DNA of 64,000 nucleotides from Escherichia coli (GTDB lineage Bacteria; Pseudomonadota; Gammaproteobacteria; Enterobacterales; Enterobacteriaceae): NCBI RefSeq assembly GCF_017348835.2, contig NZ_CP071375.1; one strand, 5' to 3'. Shown piece by piece: positions 39,782 to 56,110 of this stretch (position 1 is its first letter; each line of letters starts with the position of its first letter). The notes under the pieces were generated by a model. It saw only the letters and a program-made list of their open reading frames with translations, ran no database searches and was not told where the DNA came from. The position numbers and the translations under genes were made by a program.

Positions 39782-40476
39782 ATTAATCTGACCATCATTT
39801 TATATAAGACGGCATATTTAAACGCATTATACAATATGGGTTATCTTTCTTTTGTAAATTGTCCAACCCGATGCAATAGCTATTTTGTTATTATTTGATG
39901 AATAGTATCAGTGCGTCATAATTCAAGTTAATAACCTTAAGGGATACCAGTTATATTTAAACTAAATTAAAGTAATGAATAATTTTCTTATAATATAAGG
40001 TAAATTAACAAAATGGCTTCGCATTTAACAATAACCGAATAGAAAACAACCATTTCGACATCAACAATCGCTTACATTCGCTTATATATTGACCACAACT
40101 GATACATCAGATTATGTGATGACTCGTGCTTAGATCAATTTTTGCAATCATTAGCAAAAAGATTAATAAACCATCTATATCAATTTATCCAACCTATTCT
40201 GCCGTTCAAGAAATCGCCGAACAGTTATTTTTAACAAATTTTTCTCTTCCCATTGACTTTCCCGGACACCTTGTCTGACCTAAGGTGCGCGAAAGCCACT
40301 TTTTCCTTCCTGAGTTATCCACAAAGTTATGCACTTGCAAGAGGGCCATTTTCACACTATCTTGCAGTGAATCCCAAACATACCCCCTATATATAGTGTT
40401 CTAAGCAGCTTCCCGTACTACAGGTAGTCTGCACGAAACTATTGCGGAAAGAATTCCAAAAACAGGTACGACATAC

Positions 40477-42762
40477 ATGAATCAGAATCTGCTGGTGACA
40501 AAGCGCGACGGTAGCACAGAGCGCATCAATCTCGACAAAATCCATCGCGTTCTGGATTGGGCGGCAGAAGGACTGCATAACGTTTCGATTTCCCAGGTCG
40601 AGCTGCGCTCCCACATTCAGTTTTATGACGGTATCAAGACCTCTGACATCCACGAAACTATTATCAAGGCTGCCGCAGACCTGATCTCCCGTGATGCGCC
40701 GGATTATCAGTATCTCGCCGCGCGCCTGGCGATCTTCCACCTGCGTAAAAAAGCCTACGGCCAGTTTGAGCCGCCTGCGCTGTACGACCACGTGGTGAAA
40801 ATGGTCGAGATGGGCAAATACGATAATCATCTGCTGGAAGACTACACGGAAGAAGAGTTCAAGCAGATGGACACGTTTATCGATCACGACCGTGATATGA
40901 CCTTCTCTTATGCTGCCGTTAAGCAACTGGAAGGCAAATATCTGGTACAGAACCGCGTGACCGGCGAAATCTACGAAAGCGCCCAGTTCCTTTATATTCT
41001 GGTTGCCGCGTGCCTGTTCTCGAACTACCCGCGTGAAACGCGCCTGCAATATGTGAAGCGTTTTTACGACGCGGTTTCCACATTTAAAATTTCGCTGCCG
41101 ACGCCAATCATGTCCGGCGTGCGTACCCCGACTCGTCAGTTCAGCTCCTGCGTACTGATCGAGTGCGGCGACAGCCTGGATTCCATCAACGCCACCTCCA
41201 GCGCGATTGTGAAATATGTTTCCCAGCGTGCCGGGATCGGCATCAACGCCGGGCGTATTCGTGCGCTGGGTAGCCCGATTCGCGGTGGCGAAGCGTTCCA
41301 TACCGGCTGCATTCCGTTCTACAAACATTTCCAGACTGCGGTGAAATCCTGCTCTCAGGGCGGTGTGCGCGGCGGTGCGGCAACGCTGTTCTACCCGATG
41401 TGGCATCTGGAAGTGGAAAGCCTGCTGGTGTTGAAAAACAACCGTGGTGTGGAAGGCAACCGCGTGCGCCATATGGACTACGGGGTACAGATCAACAAAC
41501 TGATGTATACCCGCCTGCTGAAAGGTGAAGATATCACCCTGTTCAGCCCGTCCGACGTACCGGGGCTGTACGACGCATTCTTCGCCGATCAGGAAGAGTT
41601 TGAACGTCTGTATACCAAATATGAGAAAGACGACAGCATCCGCAAGCAGCGTGTGAAAGCCGTTGAGCTGTTCTCGCTGATGATGCAGGAACGTGCGTCT
41701 ACCGGTCGTATCTATATTCAGAACGTTGACCACTGCAATACCCATAGCCCGTTTGATCCGGCCATCGCGCCAGTGCGTCAGTCTAACCTGTGCCTGGAGA
41801 TAGCCCTGCCGACCAAACCGCTGAACGACGTCAACGACGAGAACGGTGAAATCGCGCTGTGTACGCTGTCTGCTTTCAACCTGGGCGCAATTAATAGCCT
41901 GGATGAACTGGAAGAGCTGGCAATTCTGGCGGTTCGTGCACTTGACGCGCTGCTGGATTATCAGGATTACCCGATCCCGGCCGCCAAACGTGGAGCGATG
42001 GGTCGTCGTACGCTGGGTATTGGTGTGATCAACTTCGCTTACTACCTGGCGAAGCATGGTAAACGCTACTCCGACGGCAGCGCCAACAACCTGACGCATA
42101 AAACCTTCGAAGCGATTCAGTATTACCTGCTGAAAGCGTCTAATGAGCTGGCGAAAGAGCAAGGCGCGTGCCCGTGGTTTAACGAAACCACTTACGCGAA
42201 AGGGATCCTGCCGATCGATACCTATAAGAAAGATCTGGATACCATCGCTAATGAGCCGCTGCATTACGACTGGGAAGCTCTGCGTGAGTCAATCAAAACG
42301 CACGGCCTGCGTAACTCCACGCTTTCTGCTCTGATGCCGTCCGAGACTTCTTCGCAGATCTCTAACGCCACTAACGGTATTGAACCGCCGCGCGGTTACG
42401 TCAGCATCAAAGCGTCGAAAGACGGTATTCTGCGCCAGGTGGTGCCGGACTACGAGCATCTGCACGACGCCTATGAGCTGCTGTGGGAAATGCCGGGTAA
42501 CGATGGCTACCTGCAACTGGTGGGTATCATGCAGAAATTTATCGATCAGTCGATCTCTGCTAACACCAACTACGATCCGTCACGTTTCCCGTCAGGAAAA
42601 GTGCCGATGCAGCAGTTGCTGAAAGACCTGCTCACCGCCTACAAATTCGGGGTCAAAACGCTGTATTATCAGAACACCCGTGACGGCGCTGAAGACGCGC
42701 AGGACGATCTGGTGCCGTCAATCCAGGACGATGGCTGCGAAAGCGGCGCATGTAAGATCTGA
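40477..42762 (+). CDS. nrdA: Ribonucleoside-diphosphate reductase 1 alpha subunit
   Basis: 761 aa, [33 protein letters not shown]... Confidence 0.97.
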
Positions 42763-42769
42763 TATTGAG

Positions 42770-42985
<216 letters not shown>

Positions 42986-42995
42986 GGACACACTC

Positions 42996-44126
42996 ATGGC
43001 ATATACCACCTTTTCACAGACGAAAAATGATCAGCTCAAAGAACCGATGTTCTTTGGTCAGCCGGTCAACGTGGCTCGCTACGATCAGCAAAAATATGAC
43101 ATCTTCGAAAAGCTGATCGAAAAGCAGCTCTCTTTCTTCTGGCGTCCGGAAGAAGTTGACGTTTCTCGTGACCGTATTGATTACCAGGCATTGCCTGAAC
43201 ACGAAAAACACATCTTTATCAGCAACCTGAAATATCAGACGCTGCTGGATTCCATTCAGGGTCGTAGCCCGAACGTGGCGCTATTGCCGCTTATTTCTAT
43301 TCCGGAACTGGAAACCTGGGTCGAAACCTGGGCGTTCTCAGAAACGATTCATTCCCGTTCCTATACTCATATCATTCGTAATATCGTTAACGATCCGTCT
43401 GTTGTGTTTGACGATATCGTCACCAACGAGCAGATCCAGAAACGTGCGGAAGGGATCTCCAGCTATTACGATGAGCTGATCGAAATGACCAGCTACTGGC
43501 ATCTGCTGGGCGAAGGCACCCACACCGTTAACGGTAAAACCGTGACCGTTAGCCTGCGCGAGCTGAAGAAAAAACTGTATCTCTGCCTGATGAGCGTTAA
43601 CGCGCTGGAAGCGATTCGTTTCTACGTCAGCTTTGCCTGCTCTTTCGCATTCGCTGAACGTGAGCTGATGGAAGGTAACGCCAAAATTATTCGCCTGATT
43701 GCCCGCGACGAAGCCCTGCACCTGACCGGTACTCAGCATATGCTGAATCTGCTGCGCAGCGGTGCGGATGATCCGGAGATGGCGGAAATTGCCGAAGAAT
43801 GTAAGCAGGAGTGCTATGACCTGTTTGTCCAGGCGGCACAGCAAGAGAAAGACTGGGCGGATTATCTGTTCCGTGACGGTTCGATGATTGGTCTGAATAA
43901 AGACATTCTCTGCCAGTACGTTGAATACATCACCAATATCCGCATGCAGGCAGTCGGTTTGGATCTGCCGTTCCAGACGCGCTCCAACCCGATCCCGTGG
44001 ATCAACACCTGGCTGGTGTCTGATAACGTGCAGGTTGCTCCGCAGGAAGTGGAAGTCAGTTCTTATCTGGTCGGGCAGATTGACTCGGAAGTGGACACCG
44101 ACGATTTGAGTAACTTCCAGCTCTGA
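42996..44126 (+). CDS. nrdB: Ribonucleoside-diphosphate reductase 1 beta subunit
   Basis: 376 aa from [17 protein letters not shown]...; the longer ORF in the track reads through the REP cluster and is not credible. Confidence 0.95.
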
Positions 44127-44380
44127 TGGCTCGCGTTACCCTGCGCATCACTGGCACACAACTGCTGTGCCAGGATGAACACCCTTCCCTTCTGGCGGCG
44201 CTGGAATCCCACAATGTGGCGGTTGAGTACCAGTGCCGCGAAGGTTACTGCGGCTCCTGTCGCACCCGACTGGTCGCAGGTCAGGTGGACTGGATTGCCG
44301 AACCGTTAGCCTTTATTCAGCCGGGGGAAATTTTGCCCTGTTGTTGCCGGGCAAAAGGCGATATTGAAATCGAGATGTGA
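44126..44380 (+). CDS. yfaE: 2Fe-2S ferredoxin YfaE
   Basis: 84 aa with CxxxxCxxC...C cluster ligands; overlaps the nrdB stop. Confidence 0.9.
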   Translation: MARVTLRITGTQLLCQDEHPSLLAALESHNVAVEYQCREGYCGSCRTRLVAGQVDWIAEPLAFIQPGEILPCCCRAKGDIEIEM

Positions 44381-44384
44381 ATTG

Positions 44385-44430
44385 GTTGTAGTGCCAGATA
44401 CGACGCTTATGCGTCTTATCTGGCCTACAA
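44385..44430. repeat. REP element between convergent yfaE and inaA
   Basis: gtgccagatacgacgcttatgcgtcttatctggcctac. Confidence 0.45.
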
Positions 44431-44433
44431 CGA

Positions 44434-45084
44434 TTACATGGCGTAGTAATACGCTTTCACCTGCTCCCAGTCCGCTTTGGGAATTGGCTCCAGATATTTT
44501 TCCAGCTGGCGGAAGTCATGATTAATCGCTTTATCGCGACGCAAGCGGCGACGACTTTTCTCCAGGTCAAGAAAACCAGCTTCTGCCTTACCTTCTGTTT
44601 TCACATAGATATGGCGAACATAACAACAGCCATGCTGACGATTAATGCTATGCATTTTCTTAAACGCCAGCGCCACTGCTTTCAACATGGCTTGCCGTAC
44701 TTCGTCAGAATAAGGCGATACTGCATGCTGGGCATACCAGTCAGCAATGCTGATGAACCCCGCCATATCTTCAGTCACCAGCAACGCTCGCCATTCACCC
44801 TCAATTTTCACCGCTTCACCAAAAACGATCTTCGGCACGATGACACCGGCCCGTTCCAGTTCTTTAATTACCGCAACCTCACGGACAATCGTTGGTCGGC
44901 CGAAAGGATAACGTACGGAATGAAACAGATGATGCGTCATGCGCTTTACATATAGCTTTTTGCCGTTGCGCTCGACGCATTGCACCCCGCTCATACCATT
45001 ACGGCGATAGTTAGGCTCTTCAACCCAGTCGCCCTCTGTTGCCCACCAGTGATTAAATTCGTCGTGCTTTGCTGAAACTGCCAT
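44434..45084 (-). CDS. inaA: Acid-inducible Kdo/WaaP-family kinase-like protein
   Basis: 216 aa, MAVSAKHDEFNHWWATEGDWVEEPNYRRNGMSGVQCVERNGKKLYVKR... Confidence 0.85.
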   Translation of the reverse strand: MAVSAKHDEFNHWWATEGDWVEEPNYRRNGMSGVQCVERNGKKLYVKRMTHHLFHSVRYPFGRPTIVREVAVIKELERAGVIVPKIVFGEAVKIEGEWRALLVTEDMAGFISIADWYAQHAVSPYSDEVRQAMLKAVALAFKKMHSINRQHGCCYVRHIYVKTEGKAEAGFLDLEKSRRRLRRDKAINHDFRQLEKYLEPIPKADWEQVKAYYYAM

Positions 45085-45164
45085 ACCCTATCGCCTGTCA
45101 TTTTTTATTAACGACAATGACTATAGGTGGTTACCTGCGAAAAATCTTAATGAAACGTGTCGTA

Positions 45165-46355
45165 TTAATGAATTTCTTTTGCCACTACTAGCGCGACACC
45201 GCTTTTACCCTTCATTTGCAGCGCATAGACTCCACCAGCCACTACCACTAATAGTGCGCCCAGCAGATAAATCATTCGGTAGCCAGTATGTGCAACCATC
45301 ATCCCCATCACACAGGCTCCCAGCGCCAGGCCTGCATCCATCGCATTGAAGAAGAGGGAGTTTGCGACACCGATTTTATGCGGTTCCACTGAACTGATAA
45401 TCTGCGTCTGAAAAACTGGCGTCACGGAACCATACCCGATACCAATCAACGCGCCAGAAACAACCATCATTATGCTTCCCTGGGTGTAGCCGAGAACCAC
45501 CAGTCCTACCGTAAAGAACACAAGGCAAGGGTAAACCACATATTTCGGTCCTTTTTTGTCGCAGACATTGCCGGTAAAGGTACGGCAGATCATCAGGAAG
45601 ATGGCGTAGCAAAGCAGGAAATTACTGGCCGCCGACATCAGATTAAGTTCGCGGGCGTAAAGCGCCAGAAAGGCAGAAACCCCGGCATACGAAAAGGTCA
45701 TAAAGAATGTAACCATGGCAAACGGCAATGCCGCGCGATCGAACATGGCGGCGAAGCCCATCTTTGGCTTTGAACCGTCGGCATGGCTGATAACCGGCGG
45801 CACGGTCATAATCAGCGACAGGATAATCCCCACCGCCGCAACGCCAGTACATAACCAGAAAGCCATATTAAAGGCCTCCCAGCGCGCCATATTCAGGCCA
45901 ATCCACGGCCCGACCACCATTGCCAGCCCCATTGCCAGAGAGAAAAAACTGATGCCCTCCCCACGTCGGGAGGCCGGGATCAGCCGCGCGGAAATCGTTC
46001 CCTTTACCGTTGTGATAACCCCGAAGGTAATACCATGAAGCACCCTAATAAAAAGCAGTGATTCTATTGAGTGGCAAAAAGGATACAGCGCAGTGACCAC
46101 CAAAAAGGCCAGAGAAGAGAGCACCAGAATAGTTTTATTCGAATATTTACCCACCCATTGCCCGGCAAAGGGTCGAATAACAATCGCCGCAATTAAAAAT
46201 AATGTCACCAGCAGACCAGCTTTATCAGGAGAGGCATGCAAGCGGTCAGAGATATAAATTGGCAACAATGTTAGTAAAACATAAAAGACGAAGAAAATAA
46301 TAAAGCTGATGATGGTTATTGCCCAAAAATCCTTCGTCCATAACTTCTCTTTCAT
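45165..46355 (-). CDS. MFS transporter (396 aa, ~12 TM)
   Basis: Polytopic membrane protein with MFS-like loops; divergent from the LysR gene. Confidence 0.7.
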   Translation of the reverse strand: MKEKLWTKDFWAITIISFIIFFVFYVLLTLLPIYISDRLHASPDKAGLLVTLFLIAAIVIRPFAGQWVGKYSNKTILVLSSLAFLVVTALYPFCHSIESLLFIRVLHGITFGVITTVKGTISARLIPASRRGEGISFFSLAMGLAMVVGPWIGLNMARWEAFNMAFWLCTGVAAVGIILSLIMTVPPVISHADGSKPKMGFAAMFDRAALPFAMVTFFMTFSYAGVSAFLALYARELNLMSAASNFLLCYAIFLMICRTFTGNVCDKKGPKYVVYPCLVFFTVGLVVLGYTQGSIMMVVSGALIGIGYGSVTPVFQTQIISSVEPHKIGVANSLFFNAMDAGLALGACVMGMMVAHTGYRMIYLLGALLVVVAGGVYALQMKGKSGVALVVAKEIH

Positions 46356-46506
46356 ACCCTACCGCCTGTCAGGATGACGCACGCAGACAACACTCCCGTT
46401 ACTGCGGTTGCGTCAAATTGTGATGTACTTTGCAGAACAGAAGTATAAATGGCGGCATGCTATTAGAGAAATTAATCGTTTTAATATTATTGATTAGCAA
46501 ACTCTA

Positions 46507-47385
46507 ATGACTCTTACCCAAATAAATTCTTTACTCGCCGTGCTGGATTACGGTGGCTTTACTGAAGCCAGCAAGCGATTGTTCATGACGCAGTCGGCGG
46601 TAAGTCAGGCAATTGCTGCCCTCGAACAAGAACTTGGTGTGAATATACTGTTACGCGATCGCCGTAAAGCTATACAACTGACCACAGCAGGTCATCGCAT
46701 TGTGCAACATCTGCGCGCCATTAATCGGGAAGTTAACGCAGTAAAAGAGATAGCCGAGCAGGAAAAGCAGAACCCTCAAAGAACGCTGAGACTTGGTTGT
46801 TTCCCCAGCGTCTGCGCCTGTATCTTACCGGTTGTGATTCGCTACTTTGAAATTCATCATCCGAATATAAAAATTATTCCTTTTGAGGAAAATAGCACAG
46901 CGATTATTGATTCGCTTCAGAATGAATCCATTGATGCCGGTTTTGTTCATTTTCCGGTGAGCGGAATGTACTCCGTGCCCATTTATCAGGATAAATTCAC
47001 CGTAGTGTTACCGCCCAACCATGCTCTGGCAAAAAACAGCACTATTACAGTGGAAGAATTAATGGGTGAACCATTAATCATTAGTAAAGGACGCTATGAA
47101 TTAAGCATTATGGCACTATTTAAAGAAAAGAATATTACCCCACAGATAAAATATGAATTTAATCACCCGGATACAGCGATCAGTTTTATTCGACAGGGAT
47201 TAGGCATCGCCTTATTACCAGAGTTAACGCTGAAAACCATTGCAGATGAATTGTGTTCCGTTCCTCTCGAACCAACCTTCTATCGACAGATTTCGTTGCT
47301 GGCTAAAGAAAAGCCGGTAGAAGGCAGTCCACTGTTTTTACTACAAATGTGTACGGAACAACTCGTGGTGAGTGGAAAAATTTGA
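46507..47385 (+). CDS. LysR-family transcriptional regulator (292 aa); intact counterpart of the K-12 yfaH pseudogene
   Basis: N-terminal HTH (LFMTQSAVSQAIAALEQELGVNIL) and LysR substrate-binding domain. Confidence 0.75.
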   Translation: MTLTQINSLLAVLDYGGFTEASKRLFMTQSAVSQAIAALEQELGVNILLRDRRKAIQLTTAGHRIVQHLRAINREVNAVKEIAEQEKQNPQRTLRLGCFPSVCACILPVVIRYFEIHHPNIKIIPFEENSTAIIDSLQNESIDAGFVHFPVSGMYSVPIYQDKFTVVLPPNHALAKNSTITVEELMGEPLIISKGRYELSIMALFKEKNITPQIKYEFNHPDTAISFIRQGLGIALLPELTLKTIADELCSVPLEPTFYRQISLLAKEKPVEGSPLFLLQMCTEQLVVSGKI

Positions 47386-47850
47386 TGTAAGACATGAGAT
47401 TGATGACAAATGTAAGATTGCCTGATTCGCCACACTTAGTTGGCCTGTAGTCTTTACCAGGCGTAATAATTCGTTTTCACCTGATTTTGGTCCACTTTGT
47501 GAATTAGCGATATATATTTATCCAGTTTAGGGAAGTGACAATGACTCCAGGTAGAAACCAGTATGAAGCGCCCGACTCACTGTCAAAACCGATTGTTGAG
47601 AGTAATGACACTCCGGCGAACAGTACACAGTTTACTCTGGAGCCACTCTCAATCTTCAAGTGGGATACCTAATAACTTGTCAGGGAAGTTATCAATATCT
47701 GTTTGTTACTTATTACCGTGTTTATTAACAATAATGATACTTTCTAACATGCGTAAAGGTCTTCGTAATAAAATGAGCTAAATTTGATAGTGAATATATT
47801 CTGCAAAGATTAAATTGTATCTTGTTAACTCACAATACAAGGAATCATTT

Positions 47851-48921
47851 ATGCCAAATACATCTATTCAATTATCTCGCTGTAATCTTTTACAAAATAA
47901 TAAATTGCAAACAGCAGAAATTTACAAAGAATCACAACAAACCGCGAAACTTGAGATTTTTTGCAATGAGTTTCTAAAAATATCTCAAAGTAGATTCGGG
48001 TTATCAACCTCAGCAGACAACATAGCTAATTTATTGGCTTTTTTCACGAAAGCCTCAGATGAAATTGATAGTATCAAGACCCAAAAAATTGACGTTCACA
48101 GTTATGGTTTCGTACCAATAAGACATTTTGTCGAGCATGTCATAACGTATAAAAATGAATTTGCAGCGGATTATGAACCCTATACCCTTACCTTTACCCG
48201 AGGTGAAAACAACGAAGGTGTTTTGAGTATCGAAAGCAAAGAAGGGTCTATTTCACAAAGAACAATAAACTTAAATGAATATGAAACTGCAATTAACATC
48301 ATCAATGAGCATGTTGCAAAAGAAAATACCCACAACACGGTCCAGTCACTGACAGAAAAAGACATTTCAAAAATAAACAGCTCTGATAAGCCTTATAAAA
48401 CCAGCAGTGAGGAAAGTATTAAAAGTCAACTTTACAGCGATCAAAAAAAATATGCAGACCTGCTACAACATTCTGAGAAAAATACAGAATGGTACAAATA
48501 CGCATCCTCCGAGGAACGCTATGATAAATTCAAGAATTCTTCTAAGGAAATTAAAAACACCTACAAGCAAATTGTACAAGCGCAGAAAAAATTGAACCAA
48601 ATGAAATATATCAATAAATTAGGTGGTGAGCTTATCGATATCGCCGACAAAAAGTTAGCACCATTAATAAATGATAGTTTCAGCTATACACGAGATTTCT
48701 TTGCTTACTCAAAACAGGAAAATAACATCTTCACGTTTGATAATTCTAAGTTTGAAGATCCAAAGGAAAAAAAAGGTTTAATGGTACAACACAGCAATGG
48801 GCAACTGATTATTACTGGTGAGTATTGTCCTGAAGGTGTGCAAACAGCATTCACCCAAGAACAATATGATAAATTAATAAGATACATTAATATTTTCTTT
48901 ACTTTCCCGAAATGCGAATAA
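47851..48921 (+). CDS. Orphan AT-rich hypothetical protein (~356 aa from MPNTSIQ; ORF extends to 47815)
   Basis: AAGGA RBS 8 nt before the ATG; strongly AT-rich, Lys/Asn/Ser-rich; no family recognised. Confidence 0.5.
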   Translation: MPNTSIQLSRCNLLQNNKLQTAEIYKESQQTAKLEIFCNEFLKISQSRFGLSTSADNIANLLAFFTKASDEIDSIKTQKIDVHSYGFVPIRHFVEHVITYKNEFAADYEPYTLTFTRGENNEGVLSIESKEGSISQRTINLNEYETAINIINEHVAKENTHNTVQSLTEKDISKINSSDKPYKTSSEESIKSQLYSDQKKYADLLQHSEKNTEWYKYASSEERYDKFKNSSKEIKNTYKQIVQAQKKLNQMKYINKLGGELIDIADKKLAPLINDSFSYTRDFFAYSKQENNIFTFDNSKFEDPKEKKGLMVQHSNGQLIITGEYCPEGVQTAFTQEQYDKLIRYINIFFTFPKCE

Positions 48922-49141
48922 TACTGTATATTATAAACTACATTACAATTTATTATTGAGCCCTATTCATACTGTTTAAAGAATAACAATACCCAGTGTT
49001 AGCTTTCCTAACAAATGAGTTTTACGCAAATATGTTGGCATCTTTTTTAACAGGATGCTCAGGTGAATGAATAGAATAACCGGTAGTAGCATTATTTCGC
49101 TTTAGCTGAGGATGGCGCATGAACGCCATCCTGCAGTAGCA

Positions 49142-50218
49142 TTACTCTTTATTAAGGAATTTTACTGCCTTATCAGGGAAATCAGTAAACAGCCCATTTA
49201 CACCCGCTTTGTTATACAGAACATCATATAACTGATTCACATCAGTAGTGTATTCAGGCAGTTTATCTGACCGCACGGTATAAGGATGCACTACCAGTTT
49301 ATTCTGCTGAGCATCTTGCACCATGCCAGTGAGTTTGATATTACCCGGCTGCGATGTCTCCTCAATCAACATATGGTAATCTGGGCCAATACCATCAGCA
49401 TATTCCGCCACCTGTTTCATGGCACCCGGCTTAAACATCCAGTCATAGCTGTAATTAACCCAGCTTCCGTCCGGTTGTTTCTGCTGAGTTTCGTTCCAGT
49501 CGGTATAGGCAATCAGCTGTACCAGGTTGAGGTCCATACCCATTTTAGGTTCCAGCTCATTCTTAATACGCTTCAGTTCATCAGCATCAAAGCATTGCAG
49601 ATAAACTTTGTCGTCCTTACCGGTGTAACCATATTTCTTCAGCACTTCCAGCGTTTTTGCCGCAATATCCTTCCCTTCCTGATGATGGAACCACGGCGCT
49701 TTAATTTCTGGATAGATACCGATATTTTTCCCGGTAGAGTGATTTAACCCCTGAACAAATTCAATCTCTTCTTCAAAGGAGTGCACCCGGAAGTCGGACT
49801 TACCCATTGGGAAACGCCCCGGATAAGTCTGCACTTTTTTACCGTTTTCAATATCGAAACCTTCGGTAAATTTCAGCGACTTAATTTCATCCAGCGTGAA
49901 ATCTATCGCGTAGTAACGACCGTCTTTGCGCGCCCGATCCGGGAAACGATCGGCAACATCAGTAACACGATCGAGGTAATGGTCATGCAGAACAACCAGA
50001 TGGTCGTCTTTGGTCATCACCAAATCCTGTTCCAGATAATCCGCTCCCTGCGCATACGCCATCGCTTTTGCTGGCAGCGTATGCTCCGGCAAATATCCAC
50101 TGGCACCGCGATGGGCGATGACTATTTTTTCGTTGCTGTTCGCCGCCATTGCACTGCTTCCCATGACTATAGTGCTCATCATGATCGCCATGCTAAGGTT
50201 TTTCAGCGTCAATTTCAT
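49142..50218 (-). CDS. glpQ: Periplasmic glycerophosphodiester phosphodiesterase
   Basis: 358 aa from MKLTLKNLSMAIMMSTIVMGSSAMA (signal peptide); HRGASGYLPEHT active-site motif. Confidence 0.95.
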   Translation of the reverse strand: MKLTLKNLSMAIMMSTIVMGSSAMAANSNEKIVIAHRGASGYLPEHTLPAKAMAYAQGADYLEQDLVMTKDDHLVVLHDHYLDRVTDVADRFPDRARKDGRYYAIDFTLDEIKSLKFTEGFDIENGKKVQTYPGRFPMGKSDFRVHSFEEEIEFVQGLNHSTGKNIGIYPEIKAPWFHHQEGKDIAAKTLEVLKKYGYTGKDDKVYLQCFDADELKRIKNELEPKMGMDLNLVQLIAYTDWNETQQKQPDGSWVNYSYDWMFKPGAMKQVAEYADGIGPDYHMLIEETSQPGNIKLTGMVQDAQQNKLVVHPYTVRSDKLPEYTTDVNQLYDVLYNKAGVNGLFTDFPDKAVKFLNKE

Positions 50219-50222
50219 GCCA

Positions 50223-51581
50223 TTAGCCTCCGTTGCGTTTTTGCAGTAATTCCTGATGGCGACGTTTTTCGCCAATCATCACAACAATCAACAAGATAAC
50301 CGCCAGAATGCTGCCGCCAATCATTACCATAAAGCCGCCATCCCAGCCGAAGAAGTCCACGGTGTAGCCAACAATCGCGCTCGCCGCCACCGAACCGCCC
50401 AGGTAACCAAACAGACCGGTAAAGCCCGCTGCCGTTCCTGCCGCTTTTTTCGGTGCCAGTTCCAGCGCATGCAGACCGATCAGCATCACAGGGCCGTAGA
50501 TCAGGAAGCCGATAACAATCATACAAATCATATCGACGGTTGGGTTACCTGCCGGGTTCATCCAGTAAACGATAGTCGCGATGGTCACCAGTGTCATAAA
50601 GAAGACGCCGGTTGCCCCACGGTTACCGCGGAAGACTTTGTCCGACATCCAGCCGCACAGCAGGGTGCCCGGAATACCCGCATACTCATAGAAGAAGTAG
50701 GCCCAGGAGGATTTATCCAGCGCGAAATGCTTAACCTCTTTCAGATAAGTCGGTGACCAGTCGAGGATGCCGTAACGCAGCAGATAAACGAACACGTTGG
50801 CGATGGCGATGTACCACAGCAGTTTGTTCGGCAGCACGTACTGCATGAAGATTTGCTTCGCGGTCAGCTCCTGTTCCGCTTTTTCGTTATAGTCGTCCGG
50901 ATAATCATTTTTGTACTCTTCGATCGGCGGCAAGCCACAGGATTGCGGGGTATCGCGCATCATCGCAAAGGCGAATAATGCCACCAGAATGGCGCAAAAA
51001 GCGGGCATATAGAGCGCCGCGTGCCAGTCATTGAACCAGGCCATCCCCAGCAGGAACAGCAGCGGCGGAATACCACCACCGACGTTGTGCGCACAGTTCC
51101 ACACTGACACAATGCCGCCACGTTCTTTCTGCGACCACCAGTGCACCATAGTACGACCACACGGCGGCCACCCCATCCCCTGGAACCAACCGCAGAGGAA
51201 CAACAGTACAAACATCACCGCAATGCTCGACGTCGCCCATGGCACAAAGCCCATAAACAACATCACTGCCGCCGCCAGAATCAAACCTGCGGGCAGGAAA
51301 ACGCGCGGATTCGAGCGATCCGATACCGAACCCATGATGAATTTCGAAAATCCATAAGCAATCGAGATCCCCGAAAGGGCAAAACCTAAATCACCGCGTG
51401 AGAATCCCTGCTCAACCAGATAAGGCATAGCAAGCGCAAAGTTCTTACGAACCAAATAGTAAGCAGCATAGCCAAAGAATATCCCCAGGAAAATTTGCCA
51501 GCGCAATCGACGATAAGTCGGCTCGATCTCCGCGGCAGGTAAGCGCGCTTTGTGTGGCGCTGGTTTAAAAATACTCAACAT
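50223..51581 (-). CDS. glpT: Glycerol-3-phosphate transporter
   Basis: 452-aa MFS transporter, [29 protein letters not shown]... Confidence 0.95.
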   Translation of the reverse strand: MLSIFKPAPHKARLPAAEIEPTYRRLRWQIFLGIFFGYAAYYLVRKNFALAMPYLVEQGFSRGDLGFALSGISIAYGFSKFIMGSVSDRSNPRVFLPAGLILAAAVMLFMGFVPWATSSIAVMFVLLFLCGWFQGMGWPPCGRTMVHWWSQKERGGIVSVWNCAHNVGGGIPPLLFLLGMAWFNDWHAALYMPAFCAILVALFAFAMMRDTPQSCGLPPIEEYKNDYPDDYNEKAEQELTAKQIFMQYVLPNKLLWYIAIANVFVYLLRYGILDWSPTYLKEVKHFALDKSSWAYFFYEYAGIPGTLLCGWMSDKVFRGNRGATGVFFMTLVTIATIVYWMNPAGNPTVDMICMIVIGFLIYGPVMLIGLHALELAPKKAAGTAAGFTGLFGYLGGSVAASAIVGYTVDFFGWDGGFMVMIGGSILAVILLIVVMIGEKRRHQELLQKRNGG

Positions 51582-51853
51582 TGATAGCCTCCGTGGCCCG
51601 TGGTCTTATTTATGATTAACAGCCTGATTCAGTGAGAGAACCTGCCGTTTCTTGAGTTGCCGCGATGTTAAGAAAACATTCATAAATTAAATGTGAATTG
51701 CCGCACACATTATTAAATAAGATTTACAAAATGTTCAAAATGACGCATGAAATCACGTTTCACTTTCGAATTATGAGCGAATATGCGCGAAATCAAACAA
51801 TTCATGTTTTTACTATGGCTAAATGGTAAAAAACGAACTTCAGAGGGATAACA
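51582..51853. promoter_or_regulatory. Divergent glpTQ / glpACB control region with a CRP site (~51693-51708) and tandem GlpR operator-like repeats (~51745-51800)
   Basis: tgtgaattgccgcaca resembles the CRP consensus; repeated ttcgaa/gcgaa half-sites (cactttcgaattatgagcgaatatgcgcgaaat) resemble GlpR operators. Confidence 0.5.
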
Positions 51854-55918
<4,065 letters not shown>

Positions 55919-56110
55919 ACTCCTTTCTGATGCCCGGTAAGCATGTGGTTACCGGGCATTTTTGCGTACACGATTCCGTGCCCAATGTATGCGTTGCAAC
56001 GCAGTGAAAATTCCTCTGAAAACGTCTCGCAAAGGCTGAAACTGGCAGATGTCAAAGGCCTGGGATAACCGTAATGTCGCGTCATCATAAATATCAGGTG
56101 ACGGACAACC

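Noticed and set aside
40387-42264. 625-aa minus-strand ORF overlapping nrdA
   Set aside because: Antisense shadow ORF of nrdA; no RBS and an implausible composition.
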